The notes beneath the pieces were generated by a model. That model worked only from the letters and a program-made list of their open reading frames with translations, searched no databases and was not told the origin of the DNA. 28,483 bases of DNA from a virus (lineage: Duplodnaviria; Heunggongvirae; Uroviricota; Caudoviricetes): IMG/VR virus record IMGVR_UViG_3300025011_000026, one strand, 5' to 3'. The position numbers and the translations under genes are program-made. This document shows positions 8,001 to 17,500 of this stretch, one piece after another. Each line of letters starts with the position of its first letter. The stretch's first letter is position 1.

Positions 8001-8213
8001 TGCTATGGTTTTAGTTGTGTCTAGGATTCCTGCTGAATAAGTTGTGATTCCATTAAAGAGGTCGAAGTACCCTGCCGTCATGCCTGATGTTCGACTAGAG
8101 ATTGCAGCAAGGGCAGCACCGTTTGCAGCGAGTTTTGTCATGTCTAAATATTTCTGTTTACTTATTCCACTTAAATATCCACCTATTTGTAAAGCATTTT
8201 CTAGATTACTCAT
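5097..8213 (-). CDS. Receptor-binding/tail-spike protein with two tandem BNR (Asp-box) beta-propeller domains
   Basis: Asp-boxes SKDNGQTW, STDGGNTW, SADGGVTW, STDGGVTW. Internal duplication (CSNYHNFTDPICIY..VKFRG versus CSNYQNFTDPLCIY..VKFRG). Lies at the end of the tail-tip cluster. Confidence 0.8.
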   Translation of the reverse strand: MSNLENALQIGGYLSGISKQKYLDMTKLAANGAALAAISSRTSGMTAGYFDLFNGITTYSAGILDTTKTIATSPLTAGDTNIISKVDVSTALTKWFQTGQEISIQDDVSKEYVTVTNGGVSESSVTHDRSTPTTVVATADTTMASARPQILSNGWLIVFVINTSDAKAHWKVSKDNGQTWSELAVTSGGNYQYLSIVSHGTMLYSLGTMSGGTATYFWLFDATTVASTVPASNVPDTGQSSFGTGCSLAINPTGTELHATFSSKNSSYPNSFNIRYVKGTISAVDGSVTWGSVVQVTTLNTTGHTITSPSIRLRDDVPYILFIYNANNSGYFIGVATTFYNNVTYHDLSTGDANWGNKVVYNGGPYAQSSPDIITDQSGILWVTWYGKDAVDGVAGNIRCAKSTDGGNTWTKADGTTGHDKLTSGNTYQQFWPSITYDDSGSIYILWVGSDATNGNYNVRRIIYSGSSWGIVVKLTTNTTSSNQYPSTCSNYHNFTDPICIYQDNQTSSVKFRGIFTQTTLTPHLEVTPLQHSYKTNVLIYRSLGNVDTVNGRLGFSEGFEGITTYDFSTPLTAVNSSYTTSANGRPCRLSNGNIVAIENNNGTIRLQLWETSTQIFRALCFISGATSGCKPSMVSFNNIIYVVFNTATIAYSVAIDTTTVANVDKNSSKVAIDTVTSFSEGLTLTIDSLGYLYFANSSKVPAYSSSFNIRYLKSADGGVTWSAVTQITTYNDSGILCTNPCIVVKQDGNVTIVWQRGGTTKSIHSTSINNNVVQANKDVYLGTSYSQSNPCAVVDNVGVIHVVWDGYDVTDSSQHNIRYSKSTDGGVTWSGMIKITTGNTTTGSVNPSISVDTNNVIYVMYNMYNASSYVNIYRIIYTSSWGSPMALTSFSNGSTPNVSMCSNYQNFTDPLCIYTDYQTGAVKFRGVWTDSSTIGLLEESVVYNITPATSSGQIASWLTYSNSSDFTIDSKFSIINSGNETYLTPTKKTTVIDVDTKEDQYIISAPVGSQIAQRIVMTRANIGVTTKYVTKLLGALG
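5425..7835 (-). repeat. Two roughly 370-390-aa paralogous propeller units within the RBP (about 7835-6662 and 6520-5425)
   Basis: Paired motifs: DRSTP/DFSTP, RPQILSNG/RPCRLSNG, SFNIRY/SFNIRY, FTDP..IY..Q...VKFRG. An 18-nt exact repeat CCAAGTAACCCCACCATC occurs near 5726 and 6048 (two Asp-boxes of the C-terminal unit). Confidence 0.8.
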
Positions 8214-9494
8214 TTAACTAATCACCTCACTAGATGAAACAACATAACTTCCATCTGTACTCCATACTAAAGTTGCTGTATTTGTTGTTTCTAATACAGA
8301 TGTTGAGGAGTATAATTTTGTTACAATTGTTTGTGGTTTATCATTTGAGTTAAAGTTTGAATAATCAATTGTTTTATATGTTGATGAATCTGAGCGAGTA
8401 TAAGTTATATTTGTTGTTCGAGATGATGCGTCTTGAGTTGAGGTCATTGATATAGCAGAACCACCCAATAAATCCACAATTTGATTGGAATTATTTGTTA
8501 TATTTGTTTGCATTGTATTTATATCTGACGCAGTAAAAGTATATGTTCCATCTGTAATTGCACTTGCAGTTAATGGAATCCATGTTGATGTTCCACTATT
8601 CCAATAAGAAATTATTTTTGTTGTAGAGTTTACCCATAATTGATTTGCAGATGGCCCAAGAGGTGCTGATGCAGAAATAGGAATTGCACTACTACTAAGG
8701 AATAAAGCCCAATAACCAAGATCAGTTGGATCTATTCCACCAATTGTAGGATTAATGCAGTAATATATTGAATTGTTAAATGAAACTGCGTCTGCTACTG
8801 AATATGAAGTTCCTGAATTATATGCTTGTTGATATAATAAATTTAAGCCGTTTTCGCCAGTCGCTCCTGTTGTTCCTGTTGCTCCAATTCTTGACAATAT
8901 TCCCCAATACGCAGTATCGATAGGGGGATATGCTTGTGATGGTTGTTGATTTGTATGGCTTTGAATACAATAAAAAGTACTTCCGTTACTATACACAACG
9001 TCTATGTAGTCTATGTTATTTACATAAGATGTAACATTCGACCATAAGCCAAGTGGTCTAAAACTAGCACCTTTCTTTGCAATAAGCGAAAACCAATCAT
9101 CTCCCACTCCACCTACAGGAATATGATTTAAATTTATATTTTTTTTTGACATGTATGTTTGATTGTTATATTGAACAGTATTAAACATATCATACGATGT
9201 CGCACCCGACCATAATTCTTTGTCTTGGAAGTTAACCACATTTTTTATTAACTGTTCCATATTCATTAAAGCTTGGCTGAATGCATTAAATTGGTCTGGA
9301 GATACATTGTAATCTTGCAATGCTATAGTTAGAGAATTAATTTGAGCGATTTGATCTGAAGTAGGATTAGTTAATGCTTTTAATTGATTTAATAATATTG
9401 CATTGGCATATTGAGTAGCTGGCAAATTAAAAACATAGCGAAATTGGTCTATAACCCAATTCTGGTCTTCCGTGAATGTACTATAATTAGGCAA
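8214..9494 (-). CDS. Tail/baseplate fibre protein with three CBM5/12-like repeats and a short collagen-like linker
   Basis: Repeats W..ATSY..F.TVQYNNQTY, WSNVTSY...DVVYSNGSTFYC...YW and YNSGTSY..ADAVSFNNSIYYC...YW; linker GATGTTGATGENG. Confidence 0.7.
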   Translation of the reverse strand: MPNYSTFTEDQNWVIDQFRYVFNLPATQYANAILLNQLKALTNPTSDQIAQINSLTIALQDYNVSPDQFNAFSQALMNMEQLIKNVVNFQDKELWSGATSYDMFNTVQYNNQTYMSKKNINLNHIPVGGVGDDWFSLIAKKGASFRPLGLWSNVTSYVNNIDYIDVVYSNGSTFYCIQSHTNQQPSQAYPPIDTAYWGILSRIGATGTTGATGENGLNLLYQQAYNSGTSYSVADAVSFNNSIYYCINPTIGGIDPTDLGYWALFLSSSAIPISASAPLGPSANQLWVNSTTKIISYWNSGTSTWIPLTASAITDGTYTFTASDINTMQTNITNNSNQIVDLLGGSAISMTSTQDASSRTTNITYTRSDSSTYKTIDYSNFNSNDKPQTIVTKLYSSTSVLETTNTATLVWSTDGSYVVSSSEVIS

Positions 9495-9535
9495 TTATAT
9501 TTCCTCCGTTCTTTAAAAAAACTTATTTTTATATA

Positions 9536-10795
9536 TTAATAAAATAATCTAACTGCATTTATTGTCTGTTCACCATTAGTTGTCATTGGCAAACTAGAAC
9601 TGGTAATTCTATAATATCCATCTATATTTGGTTCTTGTAAAGAACTAACATAAATTTTCTGATTTGCTGATAGATAGTAAATTGGAGCGCAACTAAAACT
9701 TATTTTCTCTGCAAAATTTGACTGAAGCCACAATTCATATTCGCATCTCAATTGTGCTTGGTCATTAGTAAAAATTGTATCACTTGAATAAACATGAATC
9801 TTTTCTCCAATTGCTTCGATATTGAATTTTGGTACAACATTAAAATTTAATAATACCCAAGAACTTCCATTCCACATATATGATTTTAATAAATCAGAAA
9901 TAAAACATATGTCTCCTTTTACCATTCCGACAATTAAATTCATATTTGTTAAATTATTTCTTGAATATTTATTTCTATATGTCCATGAAGCAATTGTACC
10001 ATTTGATAATTGTTTACCCCATACTGTCACGCTATTTCGCACATTTCCAAAATCTAAAGATACTGAATTCCTTGTAATAATTTTTATAGGAGTCTGAGAA
10101 AAGTCAAAAATCACTGGATCATTAATTAAATCTTTTATCTTTTGAACAATAAAATATCCATTCTCATCAAAATAAAATTCGTAACTCATATAAAGGTTTG
10201 TGAGAGTATTTACTAAATCATATATAGTGCTATTGGGAGGTTGAATAATATCAAATGGAATCAGAGCATTACTTCCGGAAACTTGGATATTGCTAATGTT
10301 GATTTTTGGTAAATTAGAAACAGTGGCAATAATTGCTGTGGTAACATCCGTACTTTGAGCAATTATTCTTATTTCGTTTGGCAATCTTCCATTTAGAGTC
10401 CCATCCAGTAAACTCATAGGATCGAGCAGATTAAAAGACGCTGTTTTTTGACTTTTATCATAGTCAAAAGTAGCATCCTTCACAGCAAAAATCCCAAGAT
10501 TAAACCATTGTATATTTGGTTCAAATCCAATTCCTACTTGTAAGCGTATAACTTTATCAAACCAAATATTAGAACTCTCAGAAGGCCATAAATTTGATGT
10601 GCTTGTAATTGCCATTTTAATGTTGGCAGTTCTTCTATAATTACTTTTTGAATCAAACGATATTGAACCATCAAGTGTAATTCCTTGAAGCTGATTTAAT
10701 ACTGCATATGTAGTAGAATTTAAAATCTCTACTAATAAATTTAGATTTCTAGTTGATTTTACTAAAGCATTATACATTTCTTGGGATACATACAC
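9536..10795 (-). CDS. Baseplate hub/tail-tip protein (DUF5048-like)
   Basis: LQG..LDGSISFDSKSNYRRTA...W.DK.IRLQVG...WFNLGIF...LDG.LNG...FYFDENGYF..QKI is typical of this family. GTG start directly abuts the upstream stop. Confidence 0.7.
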   Translation of the reverse strand: MYVSQEMYNALVKSTRNLNLLVEILNSTTYAVLNQLQGITLDGSISFDSKSNYRRTANIKMAITSTSNLWPSESSNIWFDKVIRLQVGIGFEPNIQWFNLGIFAVKDATFDYDKSQKTASFNLLDPMSLLDGTLNGRLPNEIRIIAQSTDVTTAIIATVSNLPKINISNIQVSGSNALIPFDIIQPPNSTIYDLVNTLTNLYMSYEFYFDENGYFIVQKIKDLINDPVIFDFSQTPIKIITRNSVSLDFGNVRNSVTVWGKQLSNGTIASWTYRNKYSRNNLTNMNLIVGMVKGDICFISDLLKSYMWNGSSWVLLNFNVVPKFNIEAIGEKIHVYSSDTIFTNDQAQLRCEYELWLQSNFAEKISFSCAPIYYLSANQKIYVSSLQEPNIDGYYRITSSSLPMTTNGEQTINAVRLFY

Positions 10796-11965
10796 TTATA
10801 TAACCACCGTTCCATTAATATTATTTATATATTCAATCTTATCATTTATCAACTTTTTATATGTATTATCTTTATCATCTGTCCAATAAGGTATTTCTAA
10901 ATAAAAATATCCTTGCATTTTAGCAAAGATACGTTTATATCTGTCTTTTAATTTTTGATAGTGTAATTCATATTCTGGCGTAGTATTATTTTTCCTTGCT
11001 TGTAAATAATGAAACCATGATAATTCTGTATGTTGTTTTCCCTGTGTCTCTATCAAAAGTTTTAACTCTTGCAACTCATTATCATAGGGCATTCTTCCTC
11101 TTTTATTTTTTATCTTAGGGGTTTTTGCAATTATTGAACATTTAAATTCGTGTAATATAGTAAAATTTAAAGATTCTAAATAAGAGCCAACTTTTTGTTG
11201 AAGGAAACTAGAATTCATTTCATTAGTACACTCTGGACATCTAAAACCATATTTAACTGACCCACTTATACTTCTAAAATAATCTTCATGTTTTCCTTCG
11301 GGACATTTCCACCAAACTTTTTTATTACTTTTAGGCATATAATCATATGAAGATTTTTCATTTTTATCTAACCATATTTCCAATACTTTAGGATATAATG
11401 CTCCTAAACTATCTAATGAATGAACTTTTTTACCATTACAATAAGGACATCTGCTTCCATTAACAAAGTTGTTACATTTTATATCATAACTCCCATGATA
11501 ATCTTTTTCTTGGCATTTGATCCAAATTCTAGTATCGCTTCCATAGGTAATATTCCAGGGGTTAATACCTAATTTGTTATTCTTACTCCAATCAAAATAA
11601 TTATCTAAAAAATCTCTCTCTATATTATTTATACCCCATTCAGCAAACGATTTACTATTTATTAATTTGATTTGATTATCTTTTTCTCTACCAAATAATT
11701 TATTGGCACATTTTTTGCAATAATATTTACCATCTTTTTTTGCACGTTTTAAATAATCAGCCCATCTTACTTCTTTTAATAATTCTCTACAACAATCACA
11801 TTCTACATCTACTTTAGCATGAGAACCATCTTGTAAATCTTCTACTTTAACTTCAAATTCATCTTTCCATTTGGTAAACGTATAACCTTTAGATTCATAC
11901 CATGTTTTTGTTTTATATTCCCATTTCATCCTAACTTCTTTTGTTATTAATCCCATAATTATCAA
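10796..11965 (-). CDS. Free-standing putative homing endonuclease: zinc-ribbon repeats (DUF4379-like) plus C-terminal PD-(D/E)xK/Vsr-like nuclease
   Basis: WIKCQEKDYHGSY...CPYC and WWKCPEGKHEDY...CPEC repeats; YDNEL..LKLLIETQGKQH...KDRYKRIFA...YLEIPYW. The likely start is ATG 11956. Confidence 0.8.
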   Translation of the reverse strand: MIIMGLITKEVRMKWEYKTKTWYESKGYTFTKWKDEFEVKVEDLQDGSHAKVDVECDCCRELLKEVRWADYLKRAKKDGKYYCKKCANKLFGREKDNQIKLINSKSFAEWGINNIERDFLDNYFDWSKNNKLGINPWNITYGSDTRIWIKCQEKDYHGSYDIKCNNFVNGSRCPYCNGKKVHSLDSLGALYPKVLEIWLDKNEKSSYDYMPKSNKKVWWKCPEGKHEDYFRSISGSVKYGFRCPECTNEMNSSFLQQKVGSYLESLNFTILHEFKCSIIAKTPKIKNKRGRMPYDNELQELKLLIETQGKQHTELSWFHYLQARKNNTTPEYELHYQKLKDRYKRIFAKMQGYFYLEIPYWTDDKDNTYKKLINDKIEYINNINGTVVI

Positions 11966-11970
11966 TCTCC

Positions 11971-12153
11971 TTAAAATCTATTTTTTGTTTTACATTTGAG
12001 ACACCATTTTCTAAGCAATCCATAATATTCCTCATCAATTACGAACTTCATAAAAGCATCGCCTTTATTACCAGTACCAAAATCAACAGGTATAAGTCCT
12101 TGTTGGATATACCAAATTCCTTGATCTGAATTGTAAATATAAGCAAATTTCAT
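11971..12153 (-). CDS. Small protein (about 60 aa) of the kind often found just upstream of phage endonucleases (DUF5659-like)
   Basis: MKFAYIYNSDQGIWYIQQGL...FMKFV..EEYYGLLRKW. ATG at 12153 is better spaced from RBS AAGGAG than TTG at 12159. Confidence 0.6.
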   Translation of the reverse strand: MKFAYIYNSDQGIWYIQQGLIPVDFGTGNKGDAFMKFVIDEEYYGLLRKWCLKCKTKNRF

Positions 12154-12189
12154 TTTCAATTTCTCCTTTTAATATAAAAATAGATAATG

Positions 12190-12218
12190 AAAAAAGACAC
12201 CTGTATTGACAGATGTTT
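12190..12218 (-). terminator. Terminator-like hairpin at the upstream edge of the endonuclease cassette
   Basis: Minus strand AAACATCTGT-caat-ACAGGTGTCT-TTTTT with G.U pairs. An adjacent hairpin TATAAATAG/CTATTTATA lies at 12219-12243. Confidence 0.6.
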
Positions 12219-12274
12219 TATAAATAGTAGTTATCTATTTATAGAACCATATTCTTTTTACAACAATATAAAAT

Positions 12275-13174
12275 TTAAACCACCAGCCCATTTAAAGCCA
12301 AAGTTGACACATCAGAATTTCCTATTTCCACAAACGAGAAGCTAATCTGAGCTATTCCGATATTACCATCTAAAAATGTTATTTGTGGCTTGTCAGTTAC
12401 CATTATGAGCAAATTATCGGAAAACATCGTCCTTAATAATTTTGGTTGTCTATTATTAATAAAACTTGCTATTCTTTGTCTTAACTGATATTCTTGATTT
12501 ATAGATACTCCTGTATTACTAGTCAAAGTAGTATCTGATATTAATGTAACAGTCAATCTACTTCCTCTATAATTCATAGAATTTGTTACCACAATAGGGA
12601 ATTGAGCATCCAAAGGTTCTAAAATTGCAGAATTTGTATTATATGAAAAAGCATCAAATTTGCTATCATAAAGCAATTTATAATTATAATTAGAATCTGT
12701 TAAATAATTTCCTTCAAATACAGAAACAACATTGGGATTTGGAGAAGTAATCTGATTTCCTAATATGCCATTACTTACTGGTATCATTGCATATTGATAA
12801 GTTATATCATTTTGAACAAAATTGTCAGTTAAACTAAACAATAAACTTGTTCCACTGTCATAAGTTATAGTTTTTAATGTTTCCCATAATAAATCAGATG
12901 CTAATCTTCTTTGAATTAAAAGAGAATCAATTATAGAATTACCAAATGCTACTGAACCTCCCTCTAAGTTATTTTCAAATTTTGAATCTAAAGCGTCATA
13001 GTAACCCCATTGAGTAGGTTTTGCTATCGAAGTAGTTGTTGTTAAGTCTTTTGTTACATAAACCTCATCTACAATTGCATTAGATAATTCTACTTTATTA
13101 AAAGAAGGCAAAGATATTGATGTACTGAATATCAACCCATCTCCCAATCCAAACATATCATATCCAATTAACAT
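12275..13174 (-). CDS. Conserved phage tail/distal-tail-like structural protein
   Basis: Beta-rich; D.F.QN.ITYQYA.IPV and LEPLDAQFPIVV.N..NY.GS motifs; located between TMP and hub. Confidence 0.6.
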   Translation of the reverse strand: MLIGYDMFGLGDGLIFSTSISLPSFNKVELSNAIVDEVYVTKDLTTTTSIAKPTQWGYYDALDSKFENNLEGGSVAFGNSIIDSLLIQRRLASDLLWETLKTITYDSGTSLLFSLTDNFVQNDITYQYAMIPVSNGILGNQITSPNPNVVSVFEGNYLTDSNYNYKLLYDSKFDAFSYNTNSAILEPLDAQFPIVVTNSMNYRGSRLTVTLISDTTLTSNTGVSINQEYQLRQRIASFINNRQPKLLRTMFSDNLLIMVTDKPQITFLDGNIGIAQISFSFVEIGNSDVSTLALNGLVV

Positions 13175-13188
13175 ATTTTACCTCCTTT

Positions 13189-14238
13189 CTATACTAAACT
13201 CAAAAATATATCTAATAAATTATATTGATATTTAACATGAATCATAAATGCAACATCTGTTCCAATTACTACTTCATTAGATACAAAATGTGGTAATCCA
13301 TTTGTCAATCCATCCAAATAAATATAAGCATGGCATCTATCGTCATCTGACATGAAAAATTCTATTCTTCCATTAGGAGAATAGAATTTTAAAAATACAG
13401 TATCTAATGGAACATTTTTACACCATATTTTTGCAATAAAATTTTTTTGATCAATAGCAAATCCATCACTAAAACTTACTATTCCACCTTGAGTTAAATC
13501 AATCCAAGTATCATCTTGATAAATTGCTGTGCCAACATCCATAACTCCTATTAATTGAAGAATTATTGCCTCTACTTTAATTGATCCAGTTGATGTATCA
13601 GGAGTGGTGGTTAAAGTAGAAAAAAGTGAAGGAGAAACGTAAAATGGTGTAAATTGAATTAATCCAGACGAACTTAATTGACCATTTACTGAAACAGTTT
13701 TAACTTCAATATAATATAAAGTATTATTTGCCAAACTCTGTACTAATTGAGTTAATGGAGAACTCCCATCAGCAAAAGTATTTGAATAAGATTGTGATAA
13801 GCTTTGATATTGGTCGTATAAATTGTAAATGTAGGACTGTAAAACTTCTCCATCAGATTGGGAATATGTTGCTGAAAACGTTACATTCTGATTAAAAACT
13901 TGACCATCAACAATGTTTGTTATTGTAATAGTCGGATTTTCTAAAACATAAAATACTATTGGATCGGACGGAGTTGATAGGTTATTACTTATATCTTTTG
14001 TCTGGATTGTTGCTTTATACACTATTCCATTTACTAACGAGTTTGCACTTATTGTATTATTTAATAAAAACGATGTAACTTCACTTGTATATATTAATTC
14101 ATTTGTAGCATTATTATAAACCATTAATATATTCGCAACAACTTGAGAACCACCAGAAGAAATAAAAGATATTGTTTTTACAGTATTAGATGGAAATGGA
14201 AGTATGGGGGATTGAATTATTGGAGTCACGAGTGCCAT
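13189..14238 (-). CDS. Phage tail structural protein with FN3/Ig-like beta domains
   Basis: YKATIQTKD..NNLS.PSDPI.F and LANNTLYYIEVK..SVNGQ are FN3-like; tail-cluster context. Confidence 0.6.
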   Translation of the reverse strand: MALVTPIIQSPILPFPSNTVKTISFISSGGSQVVANILMVYNNATNELIYTSEVTSFLLNNTISANSLVNGIVYKATIQTKDISNNLSTPSDPIVFYVLENPTITITNIVDGQVFNQNVTFSATYSQSDGEVLQSYIYNLYDQYQSLSQSYSNTFADGSSPLTQLVQSLANNTLYYIEVKTVSVNGQLSSSGLIQFTPFYVSPSLFSTLTTTPDTSTGSIKVEAIILQLIGVMDVGTAIYQDDTWIDLTQGGIVSFSDGFAIDQKNFIAKIWCKNVPLDTVFLKFYSPNGRIEFFMSDDDRCHAYIYLDGLTNGLPHFVSNEVVIGTDVAFMIHVKYQYNLLDIFLSLV

Positions 14239-14257
14239 TTTATATACTCACCACCTT

Positions 14258-14536
14258 TTAATTAGGGACTTTGCAATCCAAGAATAATAACGAAAATTGA
14301 TTATTAGGTATCATACAGTAACAAATATCATTTACAGATAATGTTAAACCTGCACGAACTTTTACATTAGGAATTGTTTGATTGTTGTATAAAACATCAT
14401 AGGTGTTATTTTCATTATCCACTGTGACTTTTACTTGAATATATCTATTGAATTTTAATTCTTTAAGTCTTTCTTGAACTATTATGTCTATTGCTTCTAA
14501 AATATCTTCGTCTTTTTTACTCAATTCTTTTTTCAC
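14258..14536 (-). CDS. Small OB-fold-like tail/baseplate protein
   Basis: Follows TMP; YIQVKVT..NENNTYDVLYN...L.VNDICYCMIPNN.FS. The true start may be TTG 14524 using GAGGTG as RBS. Confidence 0.55.
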   Translation of the reverse strand: MKKELSKKDEDILEAIDIIVQERLKELKFNRYIQVKVTVDNENNTYDVLYNNQTIPNVKVRAGLTLSVNDICYCMIPNNQFSLLFLDCKVPN

Positions 14537-14544
14537 CTCAATTT

Positions 14545-14574
14545 AAAAAGAGGACAATGATTAAATCACTGTCC
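14545..14574 (-). terminator. Terminator-like hairpin overlapping the TMP stop codon
   Basis: Minus strand GGACAGTGA-tttaa-TCATTGTCC then TCTTTTT. Confidence 0.55.
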
Positions 14575-17500
14575 ATATTGTACTTTTGCTTTTTGTGCTG
14601 CCAACAATGGAAGACTTTTAAAGGCATCCTCGATCCCACTTGCATCTAAAACATTTGGGAATGATATATTGTCAATATTAAAATTCTGTTGAACTGTTTG
14701 GCTACTCTGTTTCAAAACTCCACTAATATTTTTCATAATATCCATAGGTCTAAAAACATCAGACATATTCCTTACTGCTAATACTGAATTATTCATTATC
14801 TTAGTAATATCTAATCCTTCAGGCAAACCCTTTACTAATTCATATAATTTCTTAGCTTGACCTGAATTAAAATATACTTCAGAAGATGATGGACTTCCGT
14901 GAACAATCGAATTTCCAGAATAATCTACAACTCCACCATCTTTATATGAACCAGTCTTACTAGCTTTAAACTCCTGTACAGTTCCTCCAGCAACAATAGT
15001 GTAAGTCTGACCTTCTTGATATGAATTGACTGGTGTTACTGCAAAATTACTTCCATTTGTTTGCGTAACTGTTACAGGAACAACATTGCCTTGACTATCA
15101 GTAACTTTAACATCAGGAGTTCCACTTTGAGCACTTGAGTATCCTACATTCCAAACTTTATTTACATTTACTGTTGGAACACTACCATTAGCATTATTCG
15201 CATTCATTTCTGCTGTTTGTGATTCATAAGATGAATTAGCTCTATTTTCTTGTGCAGATTGCGCTGATGCTTGACTAGCAGCCTGAGCATTGGCAGCTTC
15301 TTCTTTTGCTTTTGCCTCGGCAGTTTGTGCAATAAGAATCTCCTGTAATGCTTGCTGTGCTCTAACTGCCAACGCTTCCATATTGGTAACATAAATAGAA
15401 TATGCAGATTCAATATTATCTAAATTACTCTGTGTGGAAGCAAAAATATTATTCCACTCAGTAGAATTTATTAGATTCATATCGCCCATATATTCTCTAT
15501 TTAAGTTGGTCATATCTCTTTGAAAATCTTCGAAACTAGCATATTCACCGTTTAGTGCTCTATCCATTATAGTCTTAACTCTTGCTAAATACTTAGACTT
15601 TTCATCAAGTTTTTCTTGATCTGCTTTGTTAATTTCGTCTTGTTCCCAATTAATCAAATCAACTTGACTATTCGCTAATTCTTCTTGCGCTGATGCAATT
15701 GCTTCTTGATCTGCAACATAGGTAAAATCCCATGTACCATCTGCATTCTGTGTCATTTGTTGGATGGTTTTTTGATCCATTAGATTTTTTACTTTTAATT
15801 GCAATTGTTGAATATCAAGTTGTTTTTGCAATCGCTCGATAGAAGATTTTTCAATGTCTCCCTGGGAATTCAATAATGCATTTTGTTCAGCAGTTAAAGT
15901 TAATCCTTCAGATTGAATTTGTGCTCTAATTTTACTTACTTCTAAATCTTTTTCTGCACCTGAAAGATATTTTTCTTGTAAAGCAATTCTCTGATTTAAA
16001 GCATCTCGTGCTTCTTGTTCTGTGCTACCATTAAATAGAGTTTTTTCAATCGCTTCATATTGATCTTCAAAAGTTTTAGCAAGTTGTTTATTTTGAAACT
16101 CTTTTTCAGAATTAATTAAACCCTTCATTGCAAGTTCTGCTTCATTTAACTGAGTTGTTAAATCTGAGACTTTTGTTGCTTTTTCTCCTGCAGTTAAACT
16201 TGTGTCTGCAAGAGTTTCAGCAATTTGCTGTTTAATAGATGCAATTATTGATGCTTCTTGTGCCATTTGTGCTTCAATATTTGCAATACTTCCAGCAAAA
16301 TCAGTTTCATCAAGTAATTGTAATAAAACTTGTAAATCAGATATTGCATCTTTAAATGGTTTTACTAAATTATCAAACTTAATATTAGCAATTTCATTTG
16401 CAGTTTGCTTAATTGCAATATTTGCATCAATAAGGTCTGAATTGACATCACTTAATTTATCAGATGCTTGATTAAACTCCTGAGAATTTGCTAATGCATT
16501 TGCTAAATCAGTTTCAGTGTAATTAGGATCAACTTTTGCTAAATCTGCTTTCACACTTGCTTCGGCTTCAGCTAAATCTGCTTCTAATTGTGTTTTTTCA
16601 GCTTGAAGAGAATCTACTTTGGTTTGATTTTCTTCTTGAATCGCTTGCTCAGTTGCTAATTGCTCTTCAATGCTCGCTCCAATTAATTTTTGATATTCTA
16701 ATGTTTTTTGCAAATATGAAACTTGAGCTTCAGCTTTTGCTTGTGCTTTGTCAAACCCTTCATATTCAGCCTCAAATCTCTCCTTAACCAATTGCTTTAT
16801 TGAGAGCTGCGCAGATTTTTGAGCTTCAAAATTAGATTTGATTTTCCCTAAAACTTCTCTAGTCTGTTCGTTGTCATCATATGTTATATTACCTTCAGAA
16901 TCTTCATTTTTATACTTTTTAATAGAATCATATAACTCATCAATATTTGCAGATGCTACAGTTATTGCTTCTTGATAAAGATTTATTTTCTGTTCAATAT
17001 ATTGTGCAGAATTTAAATTAGCCAATGCTTTTTGAGTTGCTATAAGTTTCTGAGTAAAATCTGTTTTTGAAGCTTTCTGACCATCAAGAATAGCTTGGTC
17101 TGACTCTGCTTTTGTTACTAATTGCTCATTTTTAGTTGTTTCTTTCTCAATATTTTTTTGTGTTCTATCAACAGCTCTTTCAGCACTTCTTGAACCAACA
17201 TATTTATCCTTATAAGTGCCATCTTCATTCAAATATTTTGATAGAGTTTTTTCATATCCAGCAATTTTTTTATCTGATTTTTCTACAGCAGTATTATCTT
17301 TTGCAACAATTTTTGTTGTTTTAGCAATTTCTTTAGAAACATCAGAAATTGATTGAGCAAATTCATCTAAACTATCATTGAGGAAATCTATATCGGTGAT
17401 ATGAGAACCAGTACCATCAGCATATGCAGGAATTTTACCATTGTTAGATTTGAGTATTCTTTCAGTTTCATCATTGGGAATTACTTGTGTTCCTTTAGGA

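Noticed and set aside
5097-8213. Diversity-generating retroelement acting on the RBP
   Set aside because: The repeats (e.g. near 5491/6731 and 5726/6048) are short in-gene paralogous motifs, not a roughly 100-nt TR/VR pair differing at adenines. There is no reverse transcriptase in the window.
10796-11965. Group I intron or intein hosting the endonucleases
   Set aside because: Both nucleases lie between intact genes with their own starts and stops; no split exons or intein C1/HN-C motifs were seen.
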